A DNA stretch of 64,000 bases from Terriglobia bacterium (GTDB lineage: Bacteria; Acidobacteriota; Terriglobia; UBA7540; JAPUME01), in NCBI GenBank assembly GCA_965237895.1, contig CBDEGR010000001.1, forward strand, positions 25,253-89,252, in the 5' to 3' direction. Shown in pieces: positions 36,655-45,789 of the stretch. Position 1 is the stretch's first letter. Each line of letters begins with the position of its first letter. Under the pieces are notes generated by a model, which was not told where the DNA came from, ran no database searches, and saw only the letters and a list, made by a program, of their open reading frames with translations. The position numbers and the translations under genes are program-made.

Positions 36655-37407
36655 TCATTTGAATTTATCGCCGATCGCGTCGCTCAGCACATCCTTAACA
36701 AAATCAGGAAGCTTTTTCCGAGCATGTTTTGACAGCTCAACGAGGCGATCATATGCGGATATTTCGCCACCTGACCAAACGACATCAAGGCGTCGAATGA
36801 GTCGCAAGGCGACATGAACGTAATTCTCGGGAGTGGCCCAATAGCATGATTGACATACTTCAATCAAAAGGTCTGTTGTCCAATTCTTGCAGTGTTCGCA
36901 TGACCACGACTTTGCTCGATTGCAGGAACCGCACACGAGCATGAATTGAGCGGGGTCTAGTTCCCCTGCTGGCTCACCGGAGACCTCAAATGGAACACAA
37001 TGATCGATTTGCAGATAGCGCGGTTCGTATTTTGTGAAACAAATACTACAACGCGATCCATAGAGTTCAACCAAGGTTCCCTTGAAGTTCTTCGGCCACG
37101 CCTTGCGACCCCCAAGTTTTCCACCTTTGATCTCGGCAGGATCGCCGAATCGATAGGCACCTATTTTTCGGCCATGTGCTCCCGTTACACGAAACGTTTC
37201 CAACGGAATGCCTTGCTCCCGCACATCACGTGCGGCTCGCGGCGGGTGATCATACCCGTATTTTTCGCTCAACTCTTCAGTTGTGATGGAACCATGCTTC
37301 AGAATGTGATCGATGACGGTCTTCGCACGCTTCGCCGTGACAGCTCTTAGGCGACTAAGGAATTCTTTTGGGAGTTGCGGTTTCTGTGTGCGTTTTTTCT
37401 TTGCCAT
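36655..37407 (-). CDS. HNH-type restriction endonuclease (N-terminal wHTH + HNH/Cys4 core)
   Basis: CSICFTKYEPRYLQIDHCVPFEV...FMLVCGSCNRAKSWSCEHC (HNH beta-beta-alpha-Me with flanking Cys pairs). Lies 12 nt downstream of the methyltransferase. Confidence 0.75.
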   Translation of the reverse strand: MAKKKRTQKPQLPKEFLSRLRAVTAKRAKTVIDHILKHGSITTEELSEKYGYDHPPRAARDVREQGIPLETFRVTGAHGRKIGAYRFGDPAEIKGGKLGGRKAWPKNFKGTLVELYGSRCSICFTKYEPRYLQIDHCVPFEVSGEPAGELDPAQFMLVCGSCNRAKSWSCEHCKNWTTDLLIEVCQSCYWATPENYVHVALRLIRRLDVVWSGGEISAYDRLVELSKHARKKLPDFVKDVLSDAIGDKFK

Positions 37408-37419
37408 TGTCGGGCTTCC

Positions 37420-38316
37420 TTATCGCAGTACAAACTCATTGGCATGCCTGGCTCGCTCAAGTGATGCAGTAAGAGCCGATGATAAATACAGTGATTCGTA
37501 CGTAACATCTGATCGACCCAAAAGCGTCGCCTGCGTCGATCTACCAGCACGTATTTCCAGTTGATTCAGTTTCAGGAAGCCTGGAAGTGGTTCGCCGTAC
37601 GTTTTTGTCCCGGTTCGACCATCGTACGACACTGCGAACATGATGTTTCGATCATGGAGCTTTGAAAGCTCATCGCAGAATTCATCGTGATCGACTTTTG
37701 GAAGATAACGCTGATCACGATTTCCGCAGACGCCCTGGTATGGTGGGTCCATGTAGATGAGGTCATCTTTGGTGCAGTCGTTGAGAACTGTTTTGTAATC
37801 CCAAGACGTGAGCTGCGTTCGTTGGCGCAATAGAGCGGAGGCATGGTTGATTCGTCGGCGCATTTCCGTTGGGCGGGCTCCCTTGCGTCGATTGTCTGGT
37901 GTATTGTTGAATTCACCGTTCGCGTTGTACCGGATCGCTGCCTTAACGCATCTGGCAAGTAGGTACAAGAAGTCGGCAGGTTCGTGCTGGTCATTGAAGC
38001 GCTTGCGCACCTCATTAAAATACTCACGTTCCCGACCAAGTTGATCGTTCCATAGATGCGTGTATTGATCGGCGAGTCTTTCAGGTTTATATATGATTTC
38101 CCTCCACAATTGAATCAGCGGAGAATGTGCGTCGTTGATCCAAAATTGATCGACGGAGCGGCGTGCAGCAACCGCAATGGACACTGCGGAGGAACCAGCA
38201 AATGGCTCTACGATGCGGAATATGGTGGATGGGAAATGTTGCAGGATCGTAGGGGCGATCCGCCGTTTGCTTCCCTGATAGGGGATCGGTTGCGGTACAT
38301 TGCTAGGACCGTTCAT
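37420..38316 (-). CDS. Dam-like (D12 class) N6-adenine DNA methyltransferase
   Basis: IPYQGSKRRIAP..IVEPFAGSSAV (motif I region) and LIYMDPPYQG (motif IV DPPY). Confidence 0.9.
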   Translation of the reverse strand: MNGPSNVPQPIPYQGSKRRIAPTILQHFPSTIFRIVEPFAGSSAVSIAVAARRSVDQFWINDAHSPLIQLWREIIYKPERLADQYTHLWNDQLGREREYFNEVRKRFNDQHEPADFLYLLARCVKAAIRYNANGEFNNTPDNRRKGARPTEMRRRINHASALLRQRTQLTSWDYKTVLNDCTKDDLIYMDPPYQGVCGNRDQRYLPKVDHDEFCDELSKLHDRNIMFAVSYDGRTGTKTYGEPLPGFLKLNQLEIRAGRSTQATLLGRSDVTYESLYLSSALTASLERARHANEFVLR

Positions 38317-38358
38317 ACGTCCACTCTCGCCCCTACTTGGTGGCGGCTGTTGTCAGGA

Positions 38359-38457
38359 TCATTCCTTCAGCGAGGCTTCGCGGATCGCCTTCACCGGACC
38401 GGCAAGATCAGAGAAGACTTCAGTAACGGGAACCAACTCGCCGCGTTTACGCCACAT
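38359..38457 (-). CDS. 32-codon mini-ORF directly upstream of the R-M pair; paralog of 39404..39589
   Basis: Hand translation: MWRKRGELVPVTEVFSDLAGPVKAIREASLKE. GGAGAATAAAAGCCC precedes the ATG. The leader and first ~22 codons are repeated at 39520-39640. Confidence 0.4.
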   Translation of the reverse strand: MWRKRGELVPVTEVFSDLAGPVKAIREASLKE

Positions 38458-38760
38458 GGGCTTTTATTCTCTCATGTTCCTCAGACAAGCCAGCGACACC
38501 ACCCATCACCAGCTCGATGGTCAGTCCATTGGGAAACTGTGGAAAACTTAAAAATCAAGAGGTTCGAAATTGAGCGAAAAAAGCAGGATGACAAACGGGC
38601 GACCATTCTCCGAAAGTGAAAAGAAAACCCTGGAAAGCGTGGCGTTCATTCTGGAGGGGGCTTCCGAGCTTGTGTCCAGGATAGATCCTTTTCCCCTCTC
38701 CGAGTTTGGACGCGAGCCACCTGGGAAAGAAGAGCGGCCCGCTGGCGGTTTGATACGTTT

Positions 38761-39267
38761 TTATGTACTGACCTTAAACTCTTTGCGCCATCGAGCATTC
38801 ATCCTTTTTACTTGACTGACCTTCATCCAATGAGTGCGTCCAAACGTGTCTGATATGCCGATGTGAGACATGTTCATTTTTAGAAAACATTTCGAATCAT
38901 AGGGGAAAGGTAAAAAAATGCGTTCGCCAACTCCAAGAGTATGGGGAAGCCTTCCACTCACTGGGTTCTCATAGTCGGGAATAATAGTTGCGAATTCCTG
39001 CTTCCGTGTAAGCCACTTAAAAAGACAAGTTTTCTTTAGAGTAATAAGAGAGAGGGTGGTGTTGCCAGGACCATGATTTACGGCCGAGATGCCAATATTC
39101 GTAGGGCCTACCTCTTCAACTCCTGCTGTCATTATCGGACCTATGATGGCAGTGACTCTTACGCAAGGCTTGAGTACTATGTCTCTGTAAATATTCCAGC
39201 CAAGCGACAGGGATGCCGTGACAAAGGAAAGCACACTGATGAAAAGAGCTGTGTCAGGGTTAGGCAT
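38761..39267 (-). CDS. Hypothetical membrane-anchored protein
   Basis: AAGGAGGA SD before ATG 39267. N-terminal TM ALFISVLSFVTASLSLGW. The rest looks beta-rich. No known motif. Confidence 0.5.
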   Translation of the reverse strand: MPNPDTALFISVLSFVTASLSLGWNIYRDIVLKPCVRVTAIIGPIMTAGVEEVGPTNIGISAVNHGPGNTTLSLITLKKTCLFKWLTRKQEFATIIPDYENPVSGRLPHTLGVGERIFLPFPYDSKCFLKMNMSHIGISDTFGRTHWMKVSQVKRMNARWRKEFKVST

Positions 39268-39403
39268 CTTCCTCCTTCTACGCCACCCGAGGCTCCCCGA
39301 ATCCCGTCGATCCCCCAAACCGTAACGCCCTTGAGACAGACCTAGCGACTCGGGCCATAGCCCCGATCCGGCCCGCGCGGCTGCTGTATTTGCCGGATAT
39401 AGT

Positions 39404-39589
39404 TCAGCCCCCGCTCAACACTGCGGCGATCTCTCTGTAGTCCTCCGCCAAGAGCTTGACTTGCCCTTCGATCTGCCTGACCTGCTGCTGCAAGTCTTCG
39501 GTCAGCTCGACGGGCCGCATTGACTGCGGGCCGCCTAGATCGGAGAGGGCATCACCGATGGGAATCAAGCCGCTTCGTTTACGCTGCAT
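39404..39589 (-). CDS. 61-aa mini-protein, paralog of 38359..38457
   Basis: MQRKRSGLIPIGDALSDLGGPQ.. versus MWRKRGELVPVTEVFSDLAGPV... Shared upstream CTTGTCTG..ATG.GAGAATAA..GCC leader. Confidence 0.5.
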   Translation of the reverse strand: MQRKRSGLIPIGDALSDLGGPQSMRPVELTEDLQQQVRQIEGQVKLLAEDYREIAAVLSGG

Positions 39590-39680
39590 GGCTTATTCTC
39601 CCATGCGCCCCAGACAAGAGGACTACAGGGCTAACGAGGGGGCTCACGCCCGGACGCTTTTGATCCAGCTGGCAAACGGT

Positions 39681-41069
39681 TCACTGACCTTGTTCAATAA
39701 CCTCAAGGACATTCCCATCTAAATCGGTCTTCGCCTTCACCCAGTTACTCACAACGCCGCCAAAAGCATTCTTGCCTCGAAATGTAGTTCGAACTACCAG
39801 GTGGTCCCCCATGTCCCAATACACCGTCTTCACATGTTCATAGCTTCCGGGATCATTCATCGAATCTTTGATAACTTTCGTGAGCTCCCGATGAGACCCA
39901 TCCCAAAGACTGCTGAATCCTTTCTCAATGCGCTCTTTCCGGGCTGCCGCCTTCTTTTCCAAGTAATCCTGAGCGCTCTTCCCATGTCCGACATAGAGCA
40001 CCGCCTTGGAAGACTTCTCAGAAACGAATGAAACATCAATCTCAGCCAGATGAGCTACCCAATATCTGCCGTCCGTGCCGTCCAAAGTATCAGGCGCTCC
40101 GAATATGCCATTGACCCACAACTCGTAAGGAACCTTCTTTCCAACACCATTGGACAGAAAATTCTCAGCTTCCGCCTGTTGCTGTTCCCCTGTTTTGCGA
40201 GCCGCCTCCCGTGCGAGCAAAATCTGTGAAGTCTCCTGCGGGAATTCCTTAGCTTTTGCGCGCGCTTCGTACAAAGCTTGCATTGCGCGATTTTCGTAGG
40301 CGACTTGCAGGGAGTAAATTGCGTTGGCAAAGGCGAACCCGGCGCCACTAGCTTGGTAGTCGGCTTCACCTTCCCGGGCGGCGGTCCCAACTTCGAGTGC
40401 AGCTTCGCGCGCTATGGTGACGTTCATATCGGCATCGACTACTTTGCGAGCGGCGGCTCTGGCTTGGGTAGCTTCCTCCGCGCTGTAATAGATCATTTCT
40501 CCCTGCGCCGCCGCATAGGCTGTGGCGTCGGCATAATGGAGGGCTAATTCGTGGGCTGCTGCTTTGCGATCCACGGCCGCGTCGCCGCCGTCAATTTCGG
40601 CATCCACGGCCTCAACCGCCGCAGTCAGTGTGCGGGCTTTTTTGGCATACGCGGTAATGGCTGCCTGGACTACTACATCCTCAACGTAGGCGACGGTGGC
40701 GAAAGCTAATGCGTTTTTGTAAACGGCTGCTTCGGCATCATCGGCTTGCAATGTGGTGGCGCGGGCTTCGTCCTTGCGTTTGGCTGCGGCAGATTCGGCG
40801 GCTTCAAGTGCGGTTAAGGCTTCGGTAGCGATGGCGTCCCTTATAGCGGGGTCCATACCGGCGGCCATGATGGCGTCCGCATCATAGGCGGTGTCGTAGT
40901 CTTCCAGTGCGCTGACGATGTCGTCGCGTGTGACCTTCAATGCGGTACCAACCAGCATAGCTCTACTCCCCCCCTGTGCTGACGACGTCCCTCGCGTTTG
41001 CTCTTCATCATCCTGGCAGGAGGATCCCCCTACCACGAGCGCGAATAGGACAATCTTTGTCAGTTTCAT
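39681..41069 (-). CDS. Ala-rich putative lipoprotein with a conserved-looking C-terminal globular domain
   Basis: MKLTKIVLFALVVGGSSC (lipobox-like). About 300 aa are A/E/D-rich helical. C-terminus WDGSHRELTKVIKDSMNDPGSYEHVKTVYWDMGDHLVVRTTFRGKNAFGGVVSNWVKAKTDLDGNVLEV. Start chosen at ATG 41069. Confidence 0.55.
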   Translation of the reverse strand: MKLTKIVLFALVVGGSSCQDDEEQTRGTSSAQGGSRAMLVGTALKVTRDDIVSALEDYDTAYDADAIMAAGMDPAIRDAIATEALTALEAAESAAAKRKDEARATTLQADDAEAAVYKNALAFATVAYVEDVVVQAAITAYAKKARTLTAAVEAVDAEIDGGDAAVDRKAAAHELALHYADATAYAAAQGEMIYYSAEEATQARAAARKVVDADMNVTIAREAALEVGTAAREGEADYQASGAGFAFANAIYSLQVAYENRAMQALYEARAKAKEFPQETSQILLAREAARKTGEQQQAEAENFLSNGVGKKVPYELWVNGIFGAPDTLDGTDGRYWVAHLAEIDVSFVSEKSSKAVLYVGHGKSAQDYLEKKAAARKERIEKGFSSLWDGSHRELTKVIKDSMNDPGSYEHVKTVYWDMGDHLVVRTTFRGKNAFGGVVSNWVKAKTDLDGNVLEVIEQGQ

Positions 41070-41130
41070 TTTCTTTCCTGAGGGTGAGCGAAACTTAGCA
41101 TTGAAGGATTGCGCCGCTGCTATCGCGGGC

Positions 41131-41742
41131 TTATTGCCCATCGTCTTCAAGCACATCTTTGATACTATCCACGATCTTGAACCCGGCATCATGAAGCGCC
41201 TTGACGGTCGCCTCGTAATTCGCACCCGGCAAGAAATAGTCCGGCCCGTCTCCGGTGATCGATCCCATATCGTCGGGGACCCCAGCGTAGCACCACACAA
41301 TCTCATTTCTGAAATTACCCTTCCCGAACACCACATCCATTAGCAGCTTCAAGTAGTGGCTGGCGGTGGGGTCGCAGTGCAGGTACAGCGACCCACTAGG
41401 ATTCAGCAGGCGGTGCATCTCGCGCATCCGCTGCGCCATCATGCCGAGATAAGCGGCCATGCCGTCAGAGTGAGCCAGCCGCACTGCCTCAATCACATGA
41501 TACAGTGCCGGGTCGCTATACCGTTGCCGTTCCAGCCACAGTCGGTCCACATCATCGAACGTCCAGAAATCCTTGAAGGATGCCCCGGCGACCTGGCTCC
41601 CAATCGGAGCAGAGTAGGTCTTTTTGCTGTTGAACGGCGGGTCCAGGTAAATCAGGTCTACGCTGGAGGAATTCATACCCCGCATGATCTCCAGGTTATC
41701 CCGGGTCCACAGCGTGCGGTTTTTCCAGTTAGGGCTCCCCAT
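41131..41742 (-). pseudogene. N4/N6 DNA methyltransferase, N-terminal half only (AdoMet-binding half missing)
   Basis: SSVDLIYLDPPFNSKKTY (motif IV DPPF), LNPSGSLYLHCD, FRNEIVWCY. It then switches to unrelated sequence and stops. No FxGxG motif. Confidence 0.55.
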
Positions 41743-41912
41743 GCGGTGGTATGATAAGAATGGAGAGAAGGAGCGTCAAGTATCTTTTATAAGCCCCCTA
41801 GCTTAAGTAGGCCTGTGAAACCCCAACGTCTAGGGGGCAGGACCGGAAGTGCGGACAGGGTCTGGTCCCAAAACTCGCCCGCGAACTGGCAGCCTGGGAA
41901 AGCTGCTTGGGG

Positions 41913-42440
41913 TTATTCTCGACCTAAGCCAGGCCTTGAAGCCAGTGGCTGGCCTCTCTCTGTGGACGGCGGCTTTGCTGGTTCAGGCAGGCGGACTCCC
42001 TTTCTCCATTTCCAGGGCGGGACGAATGTACCTGCCCAAAGACCACGTTTAGCCCTCCTGGCCGCTTGTTCTTGGCGGACGTGCCGCTTGGAGTATTTCC
42101 GGTAGGCCAGGGCGTAGCCCTGTTCCACGAGCCATTTGTTGAGGTTGGTGGTACCCACCCAACAAGTAGCCAATCGCCGGCCGTCCTGCATCCATCTCTC
42201 CACTTCACACCGTACTTCTTTCTGGCCGAGCAGCAGCTTCTCCAACGCGCCAACCGCTTTGGCGTCGGCGTCGTAGAGCTGTCCCTCGGAGTCTCTGCAC
42301 ACTTGTTCATTTTCAGGGGCGTCGATCCCTGCAAGGCGTACTTTTCGGCCTTTCCCTGGGATGTGTCCCTCAAACCACAAGGTGTCCCCGTCGACGACTA
42401 GGGGAACTCCCTTGATGATACGGGGTCTTTTCTTTTTCAT
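41913..42440 (-). CDS. Staphylococcal-nuclease (SNase/thermonuclease) homolog
   Basis: VVDGDTLWF..VRLAGIDAPE..WLVEQGYALAYRKY..AARRAKRGLWAGTF. Confidence 0.8.
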   Translation of the reverse strand: MKKKRPRIIKGVPLVVDGDTLWFEGHIPGKGRKVRLAGIDAPENEQVCRDSEGQLYDADAKAVGALEKLLLGQKEVRCEVERWMQDGRRLATCWVGTTNLNKWLVEQGYALAYRKYSKRHVRQEQAARRAKRGLWAGTFVPPWKWRKGVRLPEPAKPPSTERGQPLASRPGLGRE

Positions 42441-42578
42441 CTTGCGCCAGCACTTAGAGGGAAGGCCCCGAAGTTCACATAATGAAATTTTATCGGAAGT
42501 TGGGGTCTGGTTGCTTCGATTTTTAGGATTCGATCAGGTGGGCGGTTTTTTCCAATCGTTACCACACCTACCGGCAGG

Positions 42579-43487
42579 TCATTCCACCTCCCATTCAATT
42601 AATGCCGGCATTTTCTTGCGAAAGCTAAGCTTCGTCCACATGGCCGAATGATCGCTCCAGCCCTTTTTCCGCCATTCGTGGTAGTAGCCGCAGTTCGCAA
42701 CCTCGAAGTGCCTTGAGACGAAGGTGTGGTCGAAACATCGCGGGTTGTTCTGCGTCGTGTAGTGTGTGACGGGGGTGGCCGTCTCAAAGCCGTGAAGGTC
42801 ACGATAGGCGTCGCGCAGACCATGCTGCGACGCGCCAGCAAGCACTGAACGCACTCCATTGGTCCACTCGACTCTCCGGCGCTTGTCGCCGAACTTCGTG
42901 TACCAGCCCCGGATGGACGTACCTCGGTCCTCATGAATCTTTTCTCTGAAAGGGACGATCTGTCCGGATTGCCGGAACCGCTTCGGCTCGTTGAAGTCTC
43001 CGGTCAGAATGCGAGGCGAGTCGATCCCCCGGCGTAGCGCTGCCGACAGGACGTTGAACGTGTCGATCTTTCGCCAGCCATTGCCGGAACCGTTGGGGAT
43101 ATGCACGGTGAACACGTCGATGTCTTGCTCGCCGGGCACGGAGACCGTGGCCCGCGCCAGCAGCTCCGGGTAGGGCGCGCGGCGGCGCCAGCGGTTGCCG
43201 CCGGCCGTTACCGGCCAGCGACTCGCAATCACGCACTGATAGCGTTTCCGCTTCAAACTGCGGATTGGCGGTAGACTGCGCATCGCCGTGGGCGGGGCGT
43301 CCGTGCTGCCCCAATAGATATGGACAAGACCGATGTCGGCAAGGCGGCCCGCCATATCGTCCGCAAGGCTCGTCGTTACCTCTTGCAACGTCAGGGTGTC
43401 AGGACTTACAGACCTGATGGCCTCGACGATGTTGTCGAATTGACCGGACAGGGATTGAAAGTGGACGTTCCAGGACAGGATCAGCAT
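42579..43487 (-). CDS. Endonuclease/exonuclease/phosphatase (EEP) family protein
   Basis: MLILSWNVH.., TLQEV, DVFTVHIPNGSG, ILTGDFNEP, SDHSAMW (EEP catalytic blocks). Confidence 0.75.
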   Translation of the reverse strand: MLILSWNVHFQSLSGQFDNIVEAIRSVSPDTLTLQEVTTSLADDMAGRLADIGLVHIYWGSTDAPPTAMRSLPPIRSLKRKRYQCVIASRWPVTAGGNRWRRRAPYPELLARATVSVPGEQDIDVFTVHIPNGSGNGWRKIDTFNVLSAALRRGIDSPRILTGDFNEPKRFRQSGQIVPFREKIHEDRGTSIRGWYTKFGDKRRRVEWTNGVRSVLAGASQHGLRDAYRDLHGFETATPVTHYTTQNNPRCFDHTFVSRHFEVANCGYYHEWRKKGWSDHSAMWTKLSFRKKMPALIEWEVE

Positions 43488-43799
43488 GGGAACATCTCCT
43501 TAGTAGAGGCGGCCGAGGCAATCAATGCTCCTCGTTGATTCATCAGACACCCCCCAAATCGGTGAGCCTGTCCGGTCAGGCTGCGTTGTACCAATCCCTA
43601 GCATACCAGAGTATCCCAATACCCTTCCGAGCCTCGATTTTCCTCTCAGAGACCGCAGGCCCCCCTGTGGGGAACTGAGATTTTGAGCCAGATCCCGAGA
43701 AAAAAGAGGTCCGTAATTGCTCTGTGCTTCGTTTTCTCAGGGTCCGACGACCCGTAGCACCCCAAAATCTCACTAGATCCGGCGCTGGCCAGATGCGTC

Positions 43800-44039
43800 T
43801 CAGTGTTCGCTGCCAAGTCGCTTGCCCTCAACTATCCACCGATCCCCAACCTGCTCTACCTTGGAGATCTCGAATTTCCCTCGGGTGCCCTGTTGCTTCG
43901 AGTAACGGGAAACTTTTACACCTGTTCGCATAGTGAAACGCGTTCCATGAGGAATTTCCTCAACACCAATGACTACGGCAGTGGCAATGACTGGATCGGT
44001 CCCCAGCAAAAGGACTATCTCACTGTTGGTTAGTTTCAT
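43800..44039 (-). CDS. Hypothetical small protein
   Basis: 79-aa ORF in lower-GC DNA. No motif. Confidence 0.3.
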   Translation of the reverse strand: MKLTNSEIVLLLGTDPVIATAVVIGVEEIPHGTRFTMRTGVKVSRYSKQQGTRGKFEISKVEQVGDRWIVEGKRLGSEH

Positions 44040-44513
44040 CGTGAAGTCCCGAAAATCCTTGAGCTTTGCTGGGTAGACTGCGTTTTCCCGGCCCCTGACG
44101 TGCCTCAGACCCTAAAGTTGCTTCCTGCGCCTCTGAGGGGTTCTCGGGGCCTTCGCCCGCCGACGGGCTGCTGCTTTCAGGCTTTTTTGCAAGCAGCAAC
44201 TCAACTGTGCGGCTTGTCTCCTTTGCTCGTGACGATGGCTTGTCGCTGAAAATAGAGCTTACCACGACACATGATTACGGCATCCATTCGGAGACTTGTT
44301 CCACAGGGGGATATGCAATTACGGTGATCCGTTGGGATAGCCTGTCGATGATTATGTGAATTGACTTGCAGACCGGTACAATCGGTACCAATTGGACCAA
44401 GTTAGTGTGCATTTCGATGGCTGGATCGAGCTGGTGGCGCTGTACTACTGGAACGCCAGTCGGATAGAGTCGGCAGCGGATGCCTGATTGCGCGAGCAGA
44501 TCGAGGTCACCGC

Positions 44514-44966
44514 ATGATTCCCCATCTCCAGGGACGCGAGAAGGCACTGGAGCCGTTGGGCTGGACGGGGCGAAAAGCCGAATGGATTGCCTTGGCCTGT
44601 CTGCATAGCGGCGGCCTCTTCACCCGGGCACAACTCTGCTTCCATCTCCGGATGAACCGTTGGCAGGCCCTTCGATTTGTCCAGGCCGTTGTCAGCAGGG
44701 GGGTTGCCGCCGAAGACAGCCTGGAGAACCAGAAAGTGTGCCACATCTTCAGCCGGCGGATGGACGACTACGCGGTGGTTTCTTCCCCGGTCCACGCGAG
44801 ATTCTATTCCTTCCAGCTCCCCTCTTCGCCGCGCCAGGCGCGGCGGCAATCTGCAATCTACCTGACTCCCATCCATATCCCTCAGTCCCGCCGGTTCCGG
44901 CAAGCATTTCCGATTCGCAGCTCAAAGCGGAGAGCGTGTGACATGAAGAAGATCGACTCGGTGTAG
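44514..44966 (+). pseudogene. Degenerate paralog of the 56064..57056 gene (replication-relaxation-like wHTH protein)
   Basis: MIPHLQGREKALEPLGWTGRKAEWIALACLHSGGLFTRAQLCFH versus MIEHLHDREKKLEPFGWRGREAEWIALVCLHSGVFTRAQFCFY. The reading then decays, with alternative-frame ORFs 44660.. and 44677... Confidence 0.6.
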
Positions 44967-45033
44967 GCACGCACCGGAGCCTGCGGTTTGCCGAGGCTCC
45001 GGCAAGGCAGGGCCGAAGGTGGAAAGGGGAAAC

Positions 45034-45063
45034 CCCGATCGCGCTAACGATCGGGATTTTTTT
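45034..45063 (+). terminator. Rho-independent terminator candidate
   Basis: CCCGATCG-CGCTAA-CGATCGGG (8-bp stem, 6-nt loop) followed by ATTTTTTTA. Confidence 0.55.
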
Positions 45064-45149
45064 ATGGCGGCCCCGGTTAGAGGGCACAACCACAGCATAG
45101 CCGGCGTGCCACGCAAGAGGGCCGTTGTTCCACCCCCGGGCGGGGTGCG

Positions 45150-45599
45150 ATGGCCAGAGAAGTGGTGTTACGGCAGTTGTCTTGCCGCTGGCCGGGTTGC
45201 GGGTTGGTGTTTTACATCTGCAGTTCCTGCTACCGGGGGCATCGCTACTGCGGGGACAGGTGCCGAAAGAAAGCAAGGCGGGAACAGCGGCGGCGGGCCA
45301 ACCAGCGACACCAGCAAAGCCGGGAGGGACGGCTCGATCACCGCGACCGCCAGCTGGCCTACCGGGACCGCTGCCGTCGCCGGCGCGTGACGGATCATAC
45401 TTCCGCCGGCAAGGGCCGATCGGTCAAGATCGTGGAGCCATCGAGGGAAACGGGAAGGAGCGCTTCATTGGCGGAGGAATTGCAAGATCGGCCCCGGTTT
45501 GAGCGGCTGCAAAGCGCCATCCGGCCGGTTTGCATCCTGTGCGGGCGTGGTGGGCGCGTCGGCGTGAAGAGAATCGGCCCGGAGAGGCAGAAATCATGA
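45150..45599 (+). CDS. Cys-rich zinc-finger / Arg-rich protein
   Basis: CRWPGCGLVFYICSSCYRGHRYCGDRCRKKARREQRRR, plus a second CILCGR pair near the C-terminus. Confidence 0.6.
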   Translation: MAREVVLRQLSCRWPGCGLVFYICSSCYRGHRYCGDRCRKKARREQRRRANQRHQQSREGRLDHRDRQLAYRDRCRRRRVTDHTSAGKGRSVKIVEPSRETGRSASLAEELQDRPRFERLQSAIRPVCILCGRGGRVGVKRIGPERQKS

Positions 45600-45787
45600 T
45601 TCGAGAAGAGGAAGAAGGGGGAGAGAAGTATCTATCGGTCGAAACCGAGGACGATTTTCACGAGGTGCTGAAGCGAGGCCATCCCATCGAGGTGACCTGT
45701 GAGCTGGCCGAGAAGATCGGCTTGCGTTTCGAGGACGTGGGGGAACTGGGCGACATCATCGAGGCGCACAAGGACGCCTGCCGATAA
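45597..45787 (+). CDS. Small acidic protein
   Basis: ATGA overlap with the preceding stop. MIREEEEGGEKYLSVETEDDFHEVLKRGHPIEV... Confidence 0.45.
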
Positions 45788-45789
45788 TC

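Noticed and set aside
43560-43600. CCGGTCAGG..TTGTACCAA resembling an IS3 end
   Set aside because: The orientation of the two half-motifs is inconsistent with the IS3 left end seen elsewhere, so this is probably chance.
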